A program made the translations under genes and the position numbers. From Hydrolagus colliei (taxonomy: Eukaryota), in contig CM068762.1 in NCBI GenBank assembly GCA_035084275.1, positions 3,348,001 to 3,412,000 of the forward strand: DNA of 64,000 nucleotides. Direction: 5' to 3'. The notes beneath the pieces were generated by a model, which saw nothing but the letters and a program-made list of their open reading frames with translations, did no database searches and was not told where the DNA came from. How positions within the stretch are numbered: position 1 is the first letter of the stretch; each line of letters opens with the position of its first letter. Shown one piece after another: positions 37,418-51,386 of this stretch.

Positions 37418-38659
37418 TTGATCAGTGTGTGCCAGTCGGTCTCTCTTTGGTGGGGAGAGGTGGAGAATCACGTGGTGGGATGTAAATTAAACACATCATC
37501 TAATGGGTAGGGTTGTCCTAGCTGGAAAAGCCACAGGAAAGCTTACCAGAGAATGGGGAGCTATGCAATGTTAGCTGGCTAGACTCCCGGAGTTACCCTA
37601 ACACACAATCTACAGTCCCCTCCGGTCTATCATCGGCAATCGTGCTTTCAGCAACGTGAGACTCTGGGACTATCTGCCTGATCCCCTCTGCCTTGCCAGC
37701 TCTTCGTCCATTTTTACATTCCATCTGAAAGCCTTCCTCTTCGACCGTGTAAATAGTCTCCTCCGCTTCCTTTCTGGCTCGGAGTAGAGCTTTGTCACAT
37801 TAAGTGTTCCGAGACGCTACCTTGCAAGAAGGACGCAATATAAATGCATTGACAGACATACACCTGAGGATGGGACAGAAGGGAGTGAAGAGAATGGGTT
37901 AGGGAAGGGAGTTCCAAAGTTTCTGGGCATGGATTCGGGGGGACAAGGAGGAGGCCAGACCCAGTAGAGCGGAGGCAACGGGTATTGCTGTGAGGAGAGA
38001 GGAGGTTAGAGAGGTAGGGGGGTGCTGAGGCGTGGAGGGATTTAAACACTAGAGTGAGGATCTTGACGTTGATCCGCTCTGCAACAGGGAGTCAGTGCAG
38101 TTTGACGAGGTATGAAGTCTGGATGTTGAAGATCCCGTATTTCGAAAAAAAAAGAGAAGGGAGTTTCTCTTTCCCATTTCCTGGCCATCAATCCCCCAAA
38201 TACAATTGGTCACTCACTTCATGGCTGCTTTTGGGACATTGCAATGCGCCTGTTTACTGGTGTGTTTGCCTACAAATACACAGTCACTCCATTTTACAGT
38301 AATTCCTGTGTCGAGTCGTCCTTCTGACCTTTTACCAAATACAGGATGAGTAGATTTCAACCTAATTCATTTGTGGGATGGAACAAATCAGTTGCTTTGA
38401 TTGTCTTATGACAGTCACTACACCTCGGACTAACTTGCGGTGGGGAGGGAGATGGGGAGATTACATCCTTGTTTGTACATCAGCCATGAAAATAGGTCTC
38501 TGTTTACAATGACGGTTCCAATTGCAAGGTGTGAGCAGTGACAATGTGATTAACTGCGGGAACAAGCGCTGGGATTATTACTGTCTGTTAAATTTACAGT
38601 TAATCCACTTTACAGTATTAATATTAATCCTTGCATTTGATATAGCGCTTTTCAAGTCT

Positions 38660-39328
38660 TTTCACGCCTCACCCCCCCCAAGCTGCCGAAACTCTCATCG
38701 ACCATTCATCACATCCAGGCTCGACTACGGGAACTCTCTCCTCGTCGGCTTCCCCAGCTCCTCCCTTCACAGGCTGCAGATCATTCAGAACCCTGCAGTT
38801 CATGTACTCTCCCGCACCAGGCTTCGTGACCACATCACTCCCACCCTCGCCCGTCTCCACTGGCTCCCCTTCACCCAGAGGATCGAATTTAAGATCCTTG
38901 TTCTCACCTTCAAAGCCATTCACGGCCTTACCCCCGCCTACCTCTCTGACCTACTGTCTATCAGCCTGTGCCCGCCCCCTCCGTTCAGCAGACTCAGGCC
39001 TGCTCCGCGTCCATCGCCCTAACCCCTCAACCATCCGCGGCCGGTCTTTCAGCCTCTCTGCTCCCACACTGTGGAACTCCATCCCGCAGCCCCTCCGCCT
39101 CGCTTCCTCCCTTTCCTCCTTCAAGGCCGGTCTCAAGACCTTCCTCTTCGATCACACCTTCGGCTGCCCCACTAACTCTTCCCCCTCTCCCACTCTCCTT
39201 CCCCCTACCCCTCCCCCCCCCTCCCCCCCACCGCACTGGCTCGGATCCCGACCAGACTGTTCAGCGCTTTGGGACGTTCTCCCAACGGGAAAGGCGCTGC
39301 ATAAGTGCAATTTTGTTGTTGTTGTTGT
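38660..39328 (+). mobile_element. L2 LINE 3' fragment
   Basis: RLDYGNSLL...LHWLP...; (TTG)n tail. Confidence 0.82.
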
Positions 39329-39329
39329 C

Positions 39330-39625
39330 TTCTAGACGTGTCAAAGTGCTTCACAGAATATACTATAAAGAGAATTGACTGTATATTTGTGGGAGAAACA
39401 CAACAGCTAATTGCGCACAGCAGTGTCCCCACAAACAGTCGTGGATTGAAATGACCAATTTTATTATTTTGTTATTTTGTTATTGTGGTTTTTTTTGAGT
39501 GATTATTATTAGGCGTGTGGAGTAAGGAAACTTGCCCATGGTTTCGCCCTGACCTGCCTGGATTCGAACAAAGGTCTCATGCTTGTAAGGCGAGTGCTCT
39601 AACCACTGAGCTACAGGAGCTCCAC
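39330..39625 (-). mobile_element. tRNA/Deu SINE, tail-to-tail with an L2 3' end
   Basis: Ends in ...ccactgagctacaggagctccac. Confidence 0.85.
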
Positions 39626-41427
39626 ATTCTGTGAAGCACTTGGAGAAGTCTAGAAGTTGTGAAAAGTGCTATATCAAATGTAAGGATTACTATTATTATT
39701 ATACAACAACAACAACAATATTTACTCAGTACCTTTCACATCGGGAGGATGTCCCAAGGCGCTGGATGATCAGGGATATGGACCCGAGCTGGGCATTGTG
39801 ATCAGGGGGCGTGGAGGGCAGGGAGGGTAGGGGGGTGACTGAAGGTGCCGTCAAAGAGTAGGGTCTTGCGATGTTGTGTCTTGAAGTAGACAAGGTAGGG
39901 GGTGAGGCGGAAGGATGGTGCGATTGAATTCCAAAGGGTGAGGCTTTACTATATTTATATAATACACAGTAATTATATACTATGTCTATTATTATGATCA
40001 TGGCTGCCTACCCCACAGAGCCTCACGATGAGCGGAGTCTGGTTGAAGCCGGAGAGTTGCATTGACCGGCATCTCTTTTATGCTGTTTAATCCCAGAGAT
40101 CGTCAGTTCACACCACACACAGACACACAGAGACACACACAGACAAAAGGTTTAGAGAAGAAAGGCCAGACAGGACAAAGCACATCAGTCACTGCTCCCT
40201 TTGTTCACCCGGCAGAAACGTAAACGCTGCACTTTGTGGGGTTTATTTTGACCGGATGATTAAAGGAAAAGGGTTTAAACTGCCTGGACCAACGAGCTGT
40301 CAGCTCCCAGTGTTCTGCCCAACAATCCTCCAGATAAAATTGATCTCTCACTTCATGGCTGTTTGTGGATGGTTGCTGTGCGTGGCATGTGAGCTGACAC
40401 AATATTACAGGCACTACACTTACCCAGACTACCCAGCTTCCGTGGAGCTCTTTGAGACACCTTGAAGATGTTATAAGGCACCACATCAAATGCAAGGATG
40501 ATTATTGTTATTGTAAAAACACCTAAAAGTGAACAGATAAACACATGAGAAGGAGTATTAGATTTATTGGGAATCCTAGAGATAGATTGTTTGGAATGGA
40601 ATACGCACTCTCTCTCCCTGAGGGACACAGCCTGCTGAGCTCATTCCAGAAAGTATTACAACAACAACTTGTATTTATATAGTGACGGGGGGTGGGTTGG
40701 GATCAGGGAGGGTGGATGGTAGAGAGGGTAGGAGGGCAGTTGAAGGCACAGTCAAAGAGGAGGATCTTGAGGCATGTCTTGAAGGAGGCAAGGGAGGGAG
40801 CGAAGCAAAGGGAATGTGGGATGGAGTTCCAGGGTGTGGGGACAGAGAGGCTGAAGGCCTGACTTTCGTTGGTGGGGTGGGAGGGGGACATGGAGCAGGC
40901 CGGAGCCTGCTGAGTGGAGGGAGTAGAGTTCATAAGGGGTAAGCAGGTCAGAGAGATAGGAGGGGCAAGGCCATGGAGAGTCTTGAAGAAGAGGACGAGC
41001 ATATTGAACTCTATCTCTCAGAGATGGGGAGCCAGTGGAGCCAGACAACGGTGGGTGTGATGGGAATCATGGAGACTGATGTGAGAGAAGACAGGAGCTG
41101 TAAAGCTCTGGATGATCAGCAGCTTGTGGAGGGAAGACTTGGGAAGGCCATCGAGCCAAGGAGTTGGTGTAGTCGAGCCAGTGATATTTCAGTTCAGCTA
41201 ACAAGTGACTGTGACAATTGAGGGGTGTGGTGGTGGTTTAGTCAGTCAGTCTGTGATGTTGCTACAAAGGCTTGTTGTCGTCAGTTTGAAAAAGATCAAT
41301 TTTTTCCCCCCTATTTGTAATCCCAGGAGAGAGAAGACTAGATGCTCAGCTCCGTGGAGAGACTGCAACCAATCATCACTTCATGAAGGTCCAGCACTGA
41401 CCCCTCCCCCACTCCCTGCCCCGCAGG

Positions 41428-41530
41428 ATGGAGCTCAAGGTCTGGGTGGACGGAATCCAGCGAGTGGTGTGTGGGGTGAATGAGAACACCACCTGTCAGG
41501 AGGTGGTCATCGCTCTGGCACAAGCCATGG
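41428..41530 (+). CDS. RASSF8-like: N-terminal RASSF7/8-type protein, first coding exon ([35 protein letters not shown])
   Basis: Close to the RASSF7/8 RA-domain start; in-frame TGA upstream at 41398; G|gtaagg donor. Confidence 0.92.
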
Positions 41531-43450
41531 GTAAGGGCAGCGTCTCCGCTCTCTGTTTGTGTGTTTTCCTCCGACTATCTCTCTGACCTGTCATTTCCCT
41601 ATGAACCTGCCCGTCCCCTCCGTTCAGCGGGCTCCGGTCTGCTCCATGTCCCACATGCCCAACCCGCCTTATCATCGGTGACCGGGCTTTCAGCCTCTCT
41701 GCCCCCACACTCTGGATCTCCATCCCACAGTCCCTTCGTCTCGCTTCCTCCCTTGCCTCCTTCAAGACTGATCTCAAGACCCTCCTTTTCGATCGTACCT
41801 TCTGCTGCCCTCCTAACTCTCTCCCTCCCCTCCCCCCTACCTTGCGCCTCCCCCATGCTCAGGTCCCGACCTGACTGTACAACTCCTTGGGTTTCCTCCC
41901 AATGTGAAAGGCGCTGAATAAATGTAATTTTATTGTTGTTTATAACAATAACACATATAATATTTCATATTTGCCTCATCACATTGTAGAAATGTTTCAA
42001 AACGCTGCAAATATATGTTTGATTGTATTTTGTGAGAGTAACAGCAGTCAGCTGAGCACAACAGTGTCCGAAGAACATACAACAACAACAACAACAACAA
42101 ACAACAACTTTGATTTATATATCGCCCTCCACACCAGATGGCGTCTCAGAGCGCTTCACAATAGCAGATCCCTGGACCGAGCCAGGGGTAGGGGTAGAAA
42201 GGTGACCAAAGGCACGGTCAAAGAGAAAGGTCTTCAGCTGGGACCTGAAGCTGCGAAGAGAGGGGGCGAGGCGAAGGTAGTGAGGAAGGGAATTCCAGAG
42301 CCTCGGGGCAAAGTGGCTGAAGGCCTGGCCGCCGAGGGTGGAGAGGATTTTCAGGGGACATGGAGGAGGCCAGACCTGGTGGAGCGAAGGCAACGGGAGC
42401 TGGTTTGAGGTCCCATTGCTAGCCAATAAATGCTAATAAACGCTAGCCAAAAAAAACCCAAAGTCCATTTAGTTCACCTTCCACCTTCCTGCCACTTACT
42501 GGCACATATGTCCCAGACTCCCTATGTAATATTTCCCTTAACTATCTAATCTGTGTTTCAAAGCAGCAACACTTCCTGCTTCAACTGTCTCCCCAGGGAG
42601 CCTGTTCCACAGGTTCGCTATTCGTTCACTGAAATAGCGTTTGCGTAGATTTGTTCTGAATCGCAATTGTAAATGTCCCACAAACAGTTGTGGATTGAGT
42701 GACCAAATTATTATTTTTTGGGGAGGGATTATTAGCCCCAGAAAAGCGTTTATTGTATCGCTGTCCAGTAAGCTTTCCCACTGCTTGTCCAGATAGGACC
42801 ATTCCCCTCATTAGGGTTTTGGCTGCAGGGTTAACAGGAGCTGAGTGGGATGACTCCCTGTCCTCAGTGACTGTCTGCCCTTCCAGCTCCTGCCAATGAG
42901 CCAGGCTGGGTTCTGCTGTCATCAGCAGTGAGAGCCCTGGAATACCGTGGACTTGCCTGGCTCAGGAACTGGACTAGAAGCTGTGACAGAGGTGGGGCTT
43001 GATTCTGACATTCTGTTGCCAACAACAACAAAATTAAATTTGTATAGTGCCTTTCACATTGGGAGGACATCCCAAAGTGCTGGACAGATAGTATTTCAGA
43101 CCCGAGCTGGGGGTAGAGACCGGGCAGGGTGAAGAGCAGGGGGGGCGAAGGAGGTTGATTAAAAGCACGGTCAAAGAGGAGGGCCTTGATGTGGGTCTTG
43201 AAGGAGGCAAGGGATGGGGAGAAGTGGTGGGACTGCGGGATGGAGTTCCAAAGAGTGGGGATAGAGCGGCTGAAAATGCCCACCTGCCAATGGTGGGGCG
43301 GGCGAGTGCGGGAGAGGACACGGGCTGCAGAGCTCTGGATGATCTGCAGTCGGCGAATGGAGTAGTTGGGGAGGCCGACACTCCAAGCAGGTCACCTTGC
43401 AGCCAGTTCTGCCTTCAAGGAGACCCAAGGAGACAATTGTAGATCATTGT

Positions 43451-43755
43451 GGAGCTCCTGTAGCTCAGTGGTTAGAGCACTCGCCTTACAAGTGAGAGAC
43501 CTGGGTTCGATTCCAGGCAGAATGAAACCTTGGAGAAGTTTTCCTTACTCCACACGCCTGATAATAATCCCTCAAAAAAAATTGGTCACTTCAATCCACG
43601 ACTGTTTGTGGGACATTGCTGCACACAATTGGCTGTCGTGTTTCGCCCACATATATGCAATCAATCCACTTTACAGTTTATCCTGTGAAGCGCTTTGAGA
43701 CGTCTGGAAGATGTGAAAAGCACTACATCAAATGTAGGTTTTATTATTATTATTT
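43451..43755 (+). mobile_element. tRNA/Deu SINE, full length
   Basis: Family head, core and tail present. Confidence 0.87.
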
Positions 43756-43989
43756 ATTAAGCAAAACACAGCCTGTTAAGGGTGGCAGCTCCCTCGGGTG
43801 GAAGAGAGACGACACTGCATTCCTGAAGGCCAGATTTCTTGTAGATCAGTATTTTGGGTTGTTTGTTGCTTAGATTTGTTTTGGTTTCCGTCTTCACACA
43901 CTTTGCGTCGTCTCCAGACTCATTTTTGTGATTTTACTCAACGTAAAAGTTTTTAACTCAACGCAGAGTTTGGAGTAATTTAGGATATT

Positions 43990-44740
43990 ATTTGTCGCAT
44001 ACATCAGGCCCTGGCAGCATCAACCTCCATGGTTGCACATTCAACGTCAGCAAGCTAGTCAGGAATCTAGATGTCTTGTTCGATTCTCAACTGTCTTTCC
44101 TCCTCCACATCCAAGCCCTGACCTGCTCTGCCTTCCCTCACCTCCGCAATATTGCCAGTCTCCGCCACTACCTCACCCCTCAGGCCGCTGAAACCCTCAT
44201 TCATGTCTTCATGAAATCCAGGCTTGACTACACAAATGTCCTGCTTATCGGCCTTCCGAACTCTGTCCTCCATAGGTTGCAGATAATCCAGAACTCTCCA
44301 GCCTATGTTCTCTATTGCTCCAAGCTTCGTGACCCCATCGCTCCCATTCTCACCCGACTCCATTGGCTCCCCACCCCCAGATGATTCAGTTCAAGATGCT
44401 GGTCCTCACATTCAAAGCCCTCCATGGCCTCGGCCTACCCTACATCCATGAGCTCCTAAACCCCTACCCAGCTGTCCGCCCCCTCGGCCCAGCAGACTCC
44501 AGGCCTGTTCCATGTCCCCTGACCCACCCGCCCCACCATTGGCAGGCGAGCCTTCAGCCACTCTCCTCCCTAACCTGTAGAACTCCATTCCGCAGTCCCT
44601 CCGCCTTGTCCCCTCTCTGGCCTCCTTCAAGTCGTGCCTCAAGACCCTTCTCTGCGACTGTCCCATCGGTCACCCCAAATTCCCACCTTCTCCTACACCC
44701 TCTCTATCCCCGACTCCAACTCCGACCCCAGCTCGGGACT
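43990..44740 (+). mobile_element. L2 LINE 3' fragment
   Basis: SRLDY and LHWLP remnants. Confidence 0.8.
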
Positions 44741-45914
44741 GAAACAATGACTGTCCCCCAACCTCTGACTCCCTCCCTGCAGATCTTTAACCCCATTGTG
44801 ACAGTCCAGTGATCCAGGGATGGTGTGGTGTAGTGCAGGACATGTAGAGGTTTAGAACAAGAAATAACTCAGAATTTTGTAGAACGTCATTACACCCAAA
44901 CATCTAAGAGCTTCAGTGTAAAGCACATTACCCTTCTCTCAGCGCTCACAGTGGGGTTGGATTCCACAACAAACTCACATCTACCAGCATCCGACTCTGC
45001 TTGTTGGGGGAAGAGAATGCTTTCAGATCAAGTTACACTCAATGTATTGCAGATCAATTATTACTCTGCGTTAACCCAATATTTTCGTTACTCCTAGACG
45101 TCTCAAAGTGCTTCACAGGATATACTGTAAAATAGAGTGACTGTATTTTGTGGATGAAACACAGCAGCAATGTCCCACAAACAGCCATGGAGTGAGTGAC
45201 TAGTTATTTAGGAGTGATTGTTGGCCAAGACACCAGCAGGACAAACTCCCTTCTCATTTTGAATAGTACTTTTTCGACATCCACCTGAAAAGGCAGACGG
45301 GTGCCTCAGTTTACTGTCTCATCCAAAGGACAATTTGTACACCCCCCAGCCTTGCACTGCAGTGTCAGCTAAGAATATGTGAATCCATGTCCACTACAGT
45401 CTTTTGACTGGAGACATTGTGAGAGTGCTAGGCTGTCACACCAGCTGAGAAGCCAGCAGAGCAGAGTGGGGAAAATATAATAATAATAATAATAATAATA
45501 ATCCTTGTATTTGATATAGCTCTTTTCACTAAGAAAAGGCTTGAAATGGGACTGAATGGACTGTGAAGGCAAAGGTGAGACATTTTTAAAAAAATCAAAC
45601 ATGTAAAAAAAAATTGGTCACTCAATCCATGACTGTTTGTGTGGACATCGGTGTGCACAATTGGCTGCCACGTTTCGCCTACAACATGCACAGTCACTCT
45701 CCTCGACAGTATATTCTGTGAAGCGCTTTGAGTCGTCTCAACGACATGATAAGGCACAAAATCAAATGCGAGCCAGATTATTTTATTTTTACAACACAAT
45801 AAAAACAAGTTCTGTCTCTTTCCTCCACACTTCCTTCCCCCTGTTCCACCCCCCACCCCCCCCCCACCCACCCCCCACCCCCCCCTACCCCCCACCCCCC
45901 ACCACCCCACGCAG

Positions 45915-46780
45915 GCTGCCCAGGACGCTACACTCTGAAAGAGAAACGGAAAGACGTTGAGAGGCATTTCTCCCCAGATGAGAAGCTGTTGGCGTCACTG
46001 AGTAAATGGGGGCAGCAGGCCAAGGAGGTGCAGCTGATCCTGAACCGCACTGGACCGTCCCTCAGCCAGAGGGCTCCGGTGACCAAGGCCTGGGGGCCTG
46101 AGAGGAACCCGCATCGACAGAGCCTCCCCCCGCTGGCCAAGCTGCGCAACAAGAACGAGAGAGCCCACCACCCCGCCAAGGAGCCCAAGAGGAAGTCGCT
46201 GACCTTTGCGGAGGGGGCGCGAGAGTGGCTGGAGTCACTGGGCAAGAGCAGGGAATATAAGGTCAAGGAGCCCGAGAAGAAGGCCCCACCGGAGGGCGAG
46301 GGCGAGGACACGGCCCTGGGTCTGAGCCAGCGCCTCGCCGGCCAGCAGGAGAAGCTGCAGAGTCTGCAGGCACAGGTGGAGGCCAGCGAGGGGGAGATCC
46401 TGCAGCTGGAGGCCAGGGTAGAGCTTGAGGAGGTGGCTCATCTGCAGGAGACCGAGGACGAGCAGGTGGAATTCTGGGAGAATGAGCTGAAAGGGGAGGA
46501 GCACCATGGGGAGGAGCTGAGGCAGCAGCTGGAGGAGGCGGAGAGCAGGCTGAGGGAGTGCGAGGAGAGGCTGGAGGAGTGCGAGGGCAGTGCTCGGGGA
46601 CTGGAGGAGGCTCTCGAGACTCATGGGGAGGCTCTGAACCTCGGGGAGGGGGTGGTGCTCGCTGACAAGCTCCACGAGTTGCAGGAAGAGCTGAGGCTGA
46701 TGGTTGAGGAGGGCCTGAGGCTGGGGGAGGAGGTGCAGGAGGTGGAGGCGGACATTGAGACGGTGCAAGAGGAACTGCAG
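45915..46780 (+). CDS. RASSF8-like: RASSF7/8-type protein, large exon (end of RA domain, RQSLPPLAKLR, EPKRKSLTF, acidic coiled coil)
   Basis: 866 nt open, phase 1-0; RASSF8 motifs TGPSLS, RQSLPPLAKL, EPKRKSLTF and EFWENEL; cgcag acceptor, CAG|gtcagt donor. Confidence 0.92.
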
Positions 46781-47769
46781 GTCAGTGGGTCGGTCACATC
46801 AGCTTCTCATCAACTGCTCTTGTTGCCGCCTCCTTGTAGACTCCTGTAGCTCAGTGGTAACACTCTCACCTCGCAAGCGAGAGGACTTGGGTTTGATTCC
46901 CAGGCCGGGCGAAATGTTGGACAAATTTCCTTACTCAAAACTCCTCTGTCTACCAGCAGTAACTAGGAACCCAGTTGTTAGTCAATTGGTGGTATAATAA
47001 TAATAATAACCCTTGCATTTGGGTTCTAGACATCTTCTAGACGTCTCAAAGCGCTTCACAGGATACACTGTAAAGTAAATTGACTGTAGTGTATATTTGT
47101 GGGTGAAACACAGCAGCCAATTGCGCACAGCAGTGTCCCAAAACTTGGATTGAGTGACCAAATTTGTTTTCTCTCTCTCTCTCGGGATTATTATCAGGCG
47201 TGTGGGGAGTAAGGAAACTTGTCGAGGGTTTCAAATACAAAGATTATTATTACCTTAGCGCCCGTGAATGGTACTCATATCTCAGCTTTAGCTACAGACA
47301 GATCTTTGCAGCTTCCACCAACTCAGGTTGATGAAGCAGGAATCCCTGGGGCAATGTTCCTTGGACATCTGCCTGGACAGGTGGATGGTAAAGATCCCAC
47401 AGGAAACTCAATTTGATGCCTCATCCAAAGGACAGCACCTCTGACATTGCAACACACTACCCAACTTTGCTTTGGAGCGTGATCTTAGACCCTGTGAGAG
47501 TGTTCGCCCTGTGCCAGGCTACCACACTAGAGAGCAATCACAGGCGCTGGGTGATTCCCGCAGTTATCAGGCGTGAGCTGTGACATTCACACACGCACTG
47601 GGACTGAGCATTGAGGCAGAACTTGGAGCTGGGATGTTGTGGACACATTGGGCTGTGTGTTTAGCTCTGGGACATTGATTTTCCCCAACAATATGAATCC
47701 AACAAGGTTATGCAAACAGGGTTGGGGCAGTCCTGCTGCGTGTGAAGGTCTGTATCTAATACTCCCCCT

Positions 47770-48772
47770 TACTCCCCACTCTCGCCCTCCTGCCCCAACA
47801 GTCAGAGGGTCTGAGACCCCCAGACCATCGTTGTTCTGACAGCATGTCTGTCCGACATTGAATCCTGGACGAGGGACAACTTCCTGCAATTGAACGTGAG
47901 TAAGACCGAGGACCTCCTGATCGGCTCAAGCCAGCGCCTCCGCACATCGGGCGCTGCCAGCCTCAACATCCAAGGCAACATCCACCTCACAAAGCCAGTC
48001 AGGAACCTCGGCATCACGTTCGACCAAAAACTCTCCTTCCTCCCCTACATCCGTGCCTTGACCGGCACCGCTTACTTCCACCTGCGCAACATTGCCAGGC
48101 TCCACAACTATCTCACCCCCCGCGCTGCCGAAACACTCGTGCACGCGTACATCACCTCTAGGCTGGACTACGGAAACTCTCTCCTCATCGGCCTCCCCAG
48201 TTCCTCCATTCACAGGCTGCAGGTCATCCAAAACTCTGCAGCCCGTGTATTATTCCGCACCCGCCTCCGCGACCATATAACCCCCACCCTCGCCCGTCTC
48301 CACTGGCTCCCCATCCTCCAGAGGATCGAGTTCAAGATCCTCGTCCTCACCTTCAAGGCCTTACACGGCCTTGCCCCGCCCTATTTAACCAATCTACTTT
48401 CCCCCTACAAGCCCACCCGGACCCTCCGTTCAGCAGGACTTGGCCTGCTCCAAGCCCCCCGCCCGAACCGCCCCACCATCGGAGGCCGGGCCTTCAGTTT
48501 TTCTGCTCCGACTTTATGGAATTCCATCCCCCATCCCTCCATCTCGTTTCTTCCCTTTCCTCTTTCAAGGCCGGTTTGAAGACTTTCCTCTTCGACGGTG
48601 CCTTTTGATCCCCCCCGAATTCTTCGACCTCCCCTACTTGTCTCACCCCTTCCCGTACACTCCCCTCCCAGCTCGGGTCACACGCCTCATGTGCAGCGCC
48701 TTGGGACGTCCTCCCGACGTGAAAGGCGCTTTATAAGTGTCATTTGTTGTTGTTGTTGTTGTTGTTGTTGCC
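47770..48772 (+). mobile_element. L2 LINE 3' portion with a 229-aa open frame
   Basis: FLQLNVSKTE...SRLDYGNSLL...LHWLP; (TTG)n tail. Confidence 0.87.
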
Positions 48773-51225
48773 TGACATTGCTGTGGTCACCAAGCATTCT
48801 CTGGACACTAACAGACAAAGTTATCTGAACAAGTTCACCAGATGAGGGCACTGCAGGGCTTCTCCATTGCGTCCCATCTGGTCTGTATCAGCCACTCACT
48901 CTGTGCAGGCAAACAGCCTTGATCCCTGTCAACTGATCCAATGTCTATTATAAGTGGAAATGTCTGTTATAAGCACATTTCAAAGTGCTTTTCTTTAAGG
49001 CCTGGGGGAAACCATGGAGTGCCTATTGTCACTAAATTCGGCAACCAGTTTGTCCCTCAGCGACATCTCATAAACAACCATGAACAATCAGCTTTACCTG
49101 AAGGTTTGTTGGTCAGAACACTTCTCTTCACGTGATGTGGTGGGATCTTTAACATCCAACTGTACAGTCAAGCAGGCAGTCAGGGAGGCAGTCAGGCAGG
49201 CAGATCTGGGACACTGATTCACCCCAACAATATGAATCCAACAAGGTAATGCATACAGGGATGGGGCGATCCAGACAGGCAAGGAAGATTGGCAAGGATT
49301 CCTGATACATGAACATAATATTAATATTAATATTAATAATCCTTGCGTTTGATTAAAGTGCCTTATCAAATCATTGAATCAGTCTCAAAGAGCTTCACAG
49401 AATATATTGCAAATTTTGTGCATGAACTACAGCAGTGGATTGAAGTGGATTGAAGTGTTTTTGAAGGGATCATTACCCCCGGAAATGCGATCCCACAATC
49501 GACTAACAACTGGGATCCTACTTACTGCTAGCTAAACAGAGGAGTGTGGAGAAAGGAAATTCGCCTAAGGTTTCATCCTGCCAGGGAATCAAACCCGAGT
49601 CCTCTCGCTTACGAGGCGAGGTGCTAACCATTATGCTATTGGACTTTACATGAATTATGGGGAGCTGTGATGGTCTACGTGTAGCTGACACTTATGTCAG
49701 AGCATAACCAACAGCCTGACTCCATCTCTAACTTCAAACACATTTGCTTAATTAATACATTGAAACGGAATGACCTTTTGGGGTCAGAGAGCAAACTGGA
49801 CAGGAAGCGTGGAGCTGTCAATCAAACTCTAGCAGGAGTGTCATCCCAGGGATTGCTTTCATTCGTTTTCCATGGCAACGATGGAAACCATCTCTCCAAC
49901 ACGGTTACAGATTTGCCTGACAGACAGGCTTACTGTGCCTAGCGGGAGCCACAGAGGAGCTGAGATAATGCCAGTCAGGTTGCAATCACGAGGTAGGCCA
50001 TTGTGTTAAGAGTTAAGAGTTATGAAGAGTTTTTTTTACACCTTTCTGAGCTCACATTGTAAACTGAGGCTCGGTGTTACGGATTGTCAGAGGGGATGTC
50101 GTTCAGTGGAGAAGTTAAACCGAGGTCCCGTGTGCCTGCTCCAGGTGGGCATTAAAGATCCCACGGCACTATTGGAAAAGAGAAGAGAATTTCTCTCCTG
50201 GTGTGTTGGTCGACAGTCCCTCAAATAAAATTGCTCACTCGCTCCATGGCTGTTTATGGGAAACTGCTGTGCACAACTGGCTGCTATGTTTGTATACTAA
50301 CACTGACTGTACACAGTCACTACACTTTACAGTAAATACTGTGAAATATTTTCAGAAGTTATAGATGCTAATAATAATCCTTGCACTTGATACAGCACCT
50401 CATCAGAGGATCGAACACAAGATCCTCGTCCTCACCTTCAAGGCCATTCACGGCCTTGCCCCCCACCCCCCTCCCCCAACCTCTCTGACCTGCTGACCCC
50501 TTACGAACCTCCCCGCCCCCTCCATTCAGTGGGCTCTGGCCTGCTCCATGTCCCCCACTCGACCCTCCCTACCATTGGCAGATGGGCTTTCAGGATCTCT
50601 GAGCCCACCTCGCACTCTGGAACTCCATCCCACAGTCCCTTTGCCTCACTCCCTCCCTCGCCTCCTTGAAGGCCAGTCTCAAGTACTTCCTCTTCGACCG
50701 TGCCTTCTGCTGCCTTCCCAACTCTGTCCCTCCCCTCCCCCCTACCCTGCCCCTCTCCCTTCCTCCGGTCCCAACCTGACTGTTCAGCGCCTTGGTATGT
50801 CCTCCCAATGTGAAAGGCGCTCTATAAATGTAATATTGTGTTGTCTTTGAAGATGACAACATGCATAACAGTATTCAGTTGTTGAGAAGTCTCAAATACT
50901 AACATCACATGCACTGATTATTTTTGCAGCTCTGTTTAATTAATCCCAACTCCCCAATAGACACTGCTGTGCGCAATTGGCTGCTGGCGTATTGCCCCAA
51001 AACTATACAGTCTTTACAGGATATTCTGTGAAGCGTTTTGAGACGTTTAAATACCTTGATTTAAATACTGTAGTTGAAATATCTCAATTGATTCTGCATT
51101 AATCGCAGCCAAATCTGAATGTGCCTTCTCTCAGCGATGCCCAACGCTGTAAGGGGGGTGCGAGTGCATGCATCATGTCTATAGTAGAAAGTACAGACAT
51201 GCTGGGTTTTCTTTTCCTGATGCAG

Positions 51226-51358
51226 AGGAACCAACAGGAGCTGGAGGACGTGACCAAGGACCTGCGACAGATAAACCTCCTCCAGTTCATTCAACGCACA
51301 GGCTCAAGGATCAGCATTCTCCCCTCGGAGGAGGCGCCCGCTCAGGCGAATGGAAAAG
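51226..51358 (+). CDS. RASSF8-like: RASSF7/8-type protein, third coding exon (RNQQELEDVTKDLRQINLLQFIQRTG...)
   Basis: Matches RASSF8 [23 protein letters not shown]; 133 nt, phase 0-1; G|gtgagt donor. Confidence 0.9.
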
Positions 51359-51386
51359 GTGAGTGAATGCAGACCTGAGTCCTGTA

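Noticed and set aside
43451-43520. tRNA-like sequences (A/B boxes, anticodon arm) here and at 5447, 6341, 39555 and others
   Set aside because: They are SINE heads: no proper acceptor stem, variable anticodons, and continuous with the Deu core and tail
46235-46768. Leu/Gln-rich 177-aa minus-strand ORF
   Set aside because: Antisense shadow of the Glu-rich RASSF exon
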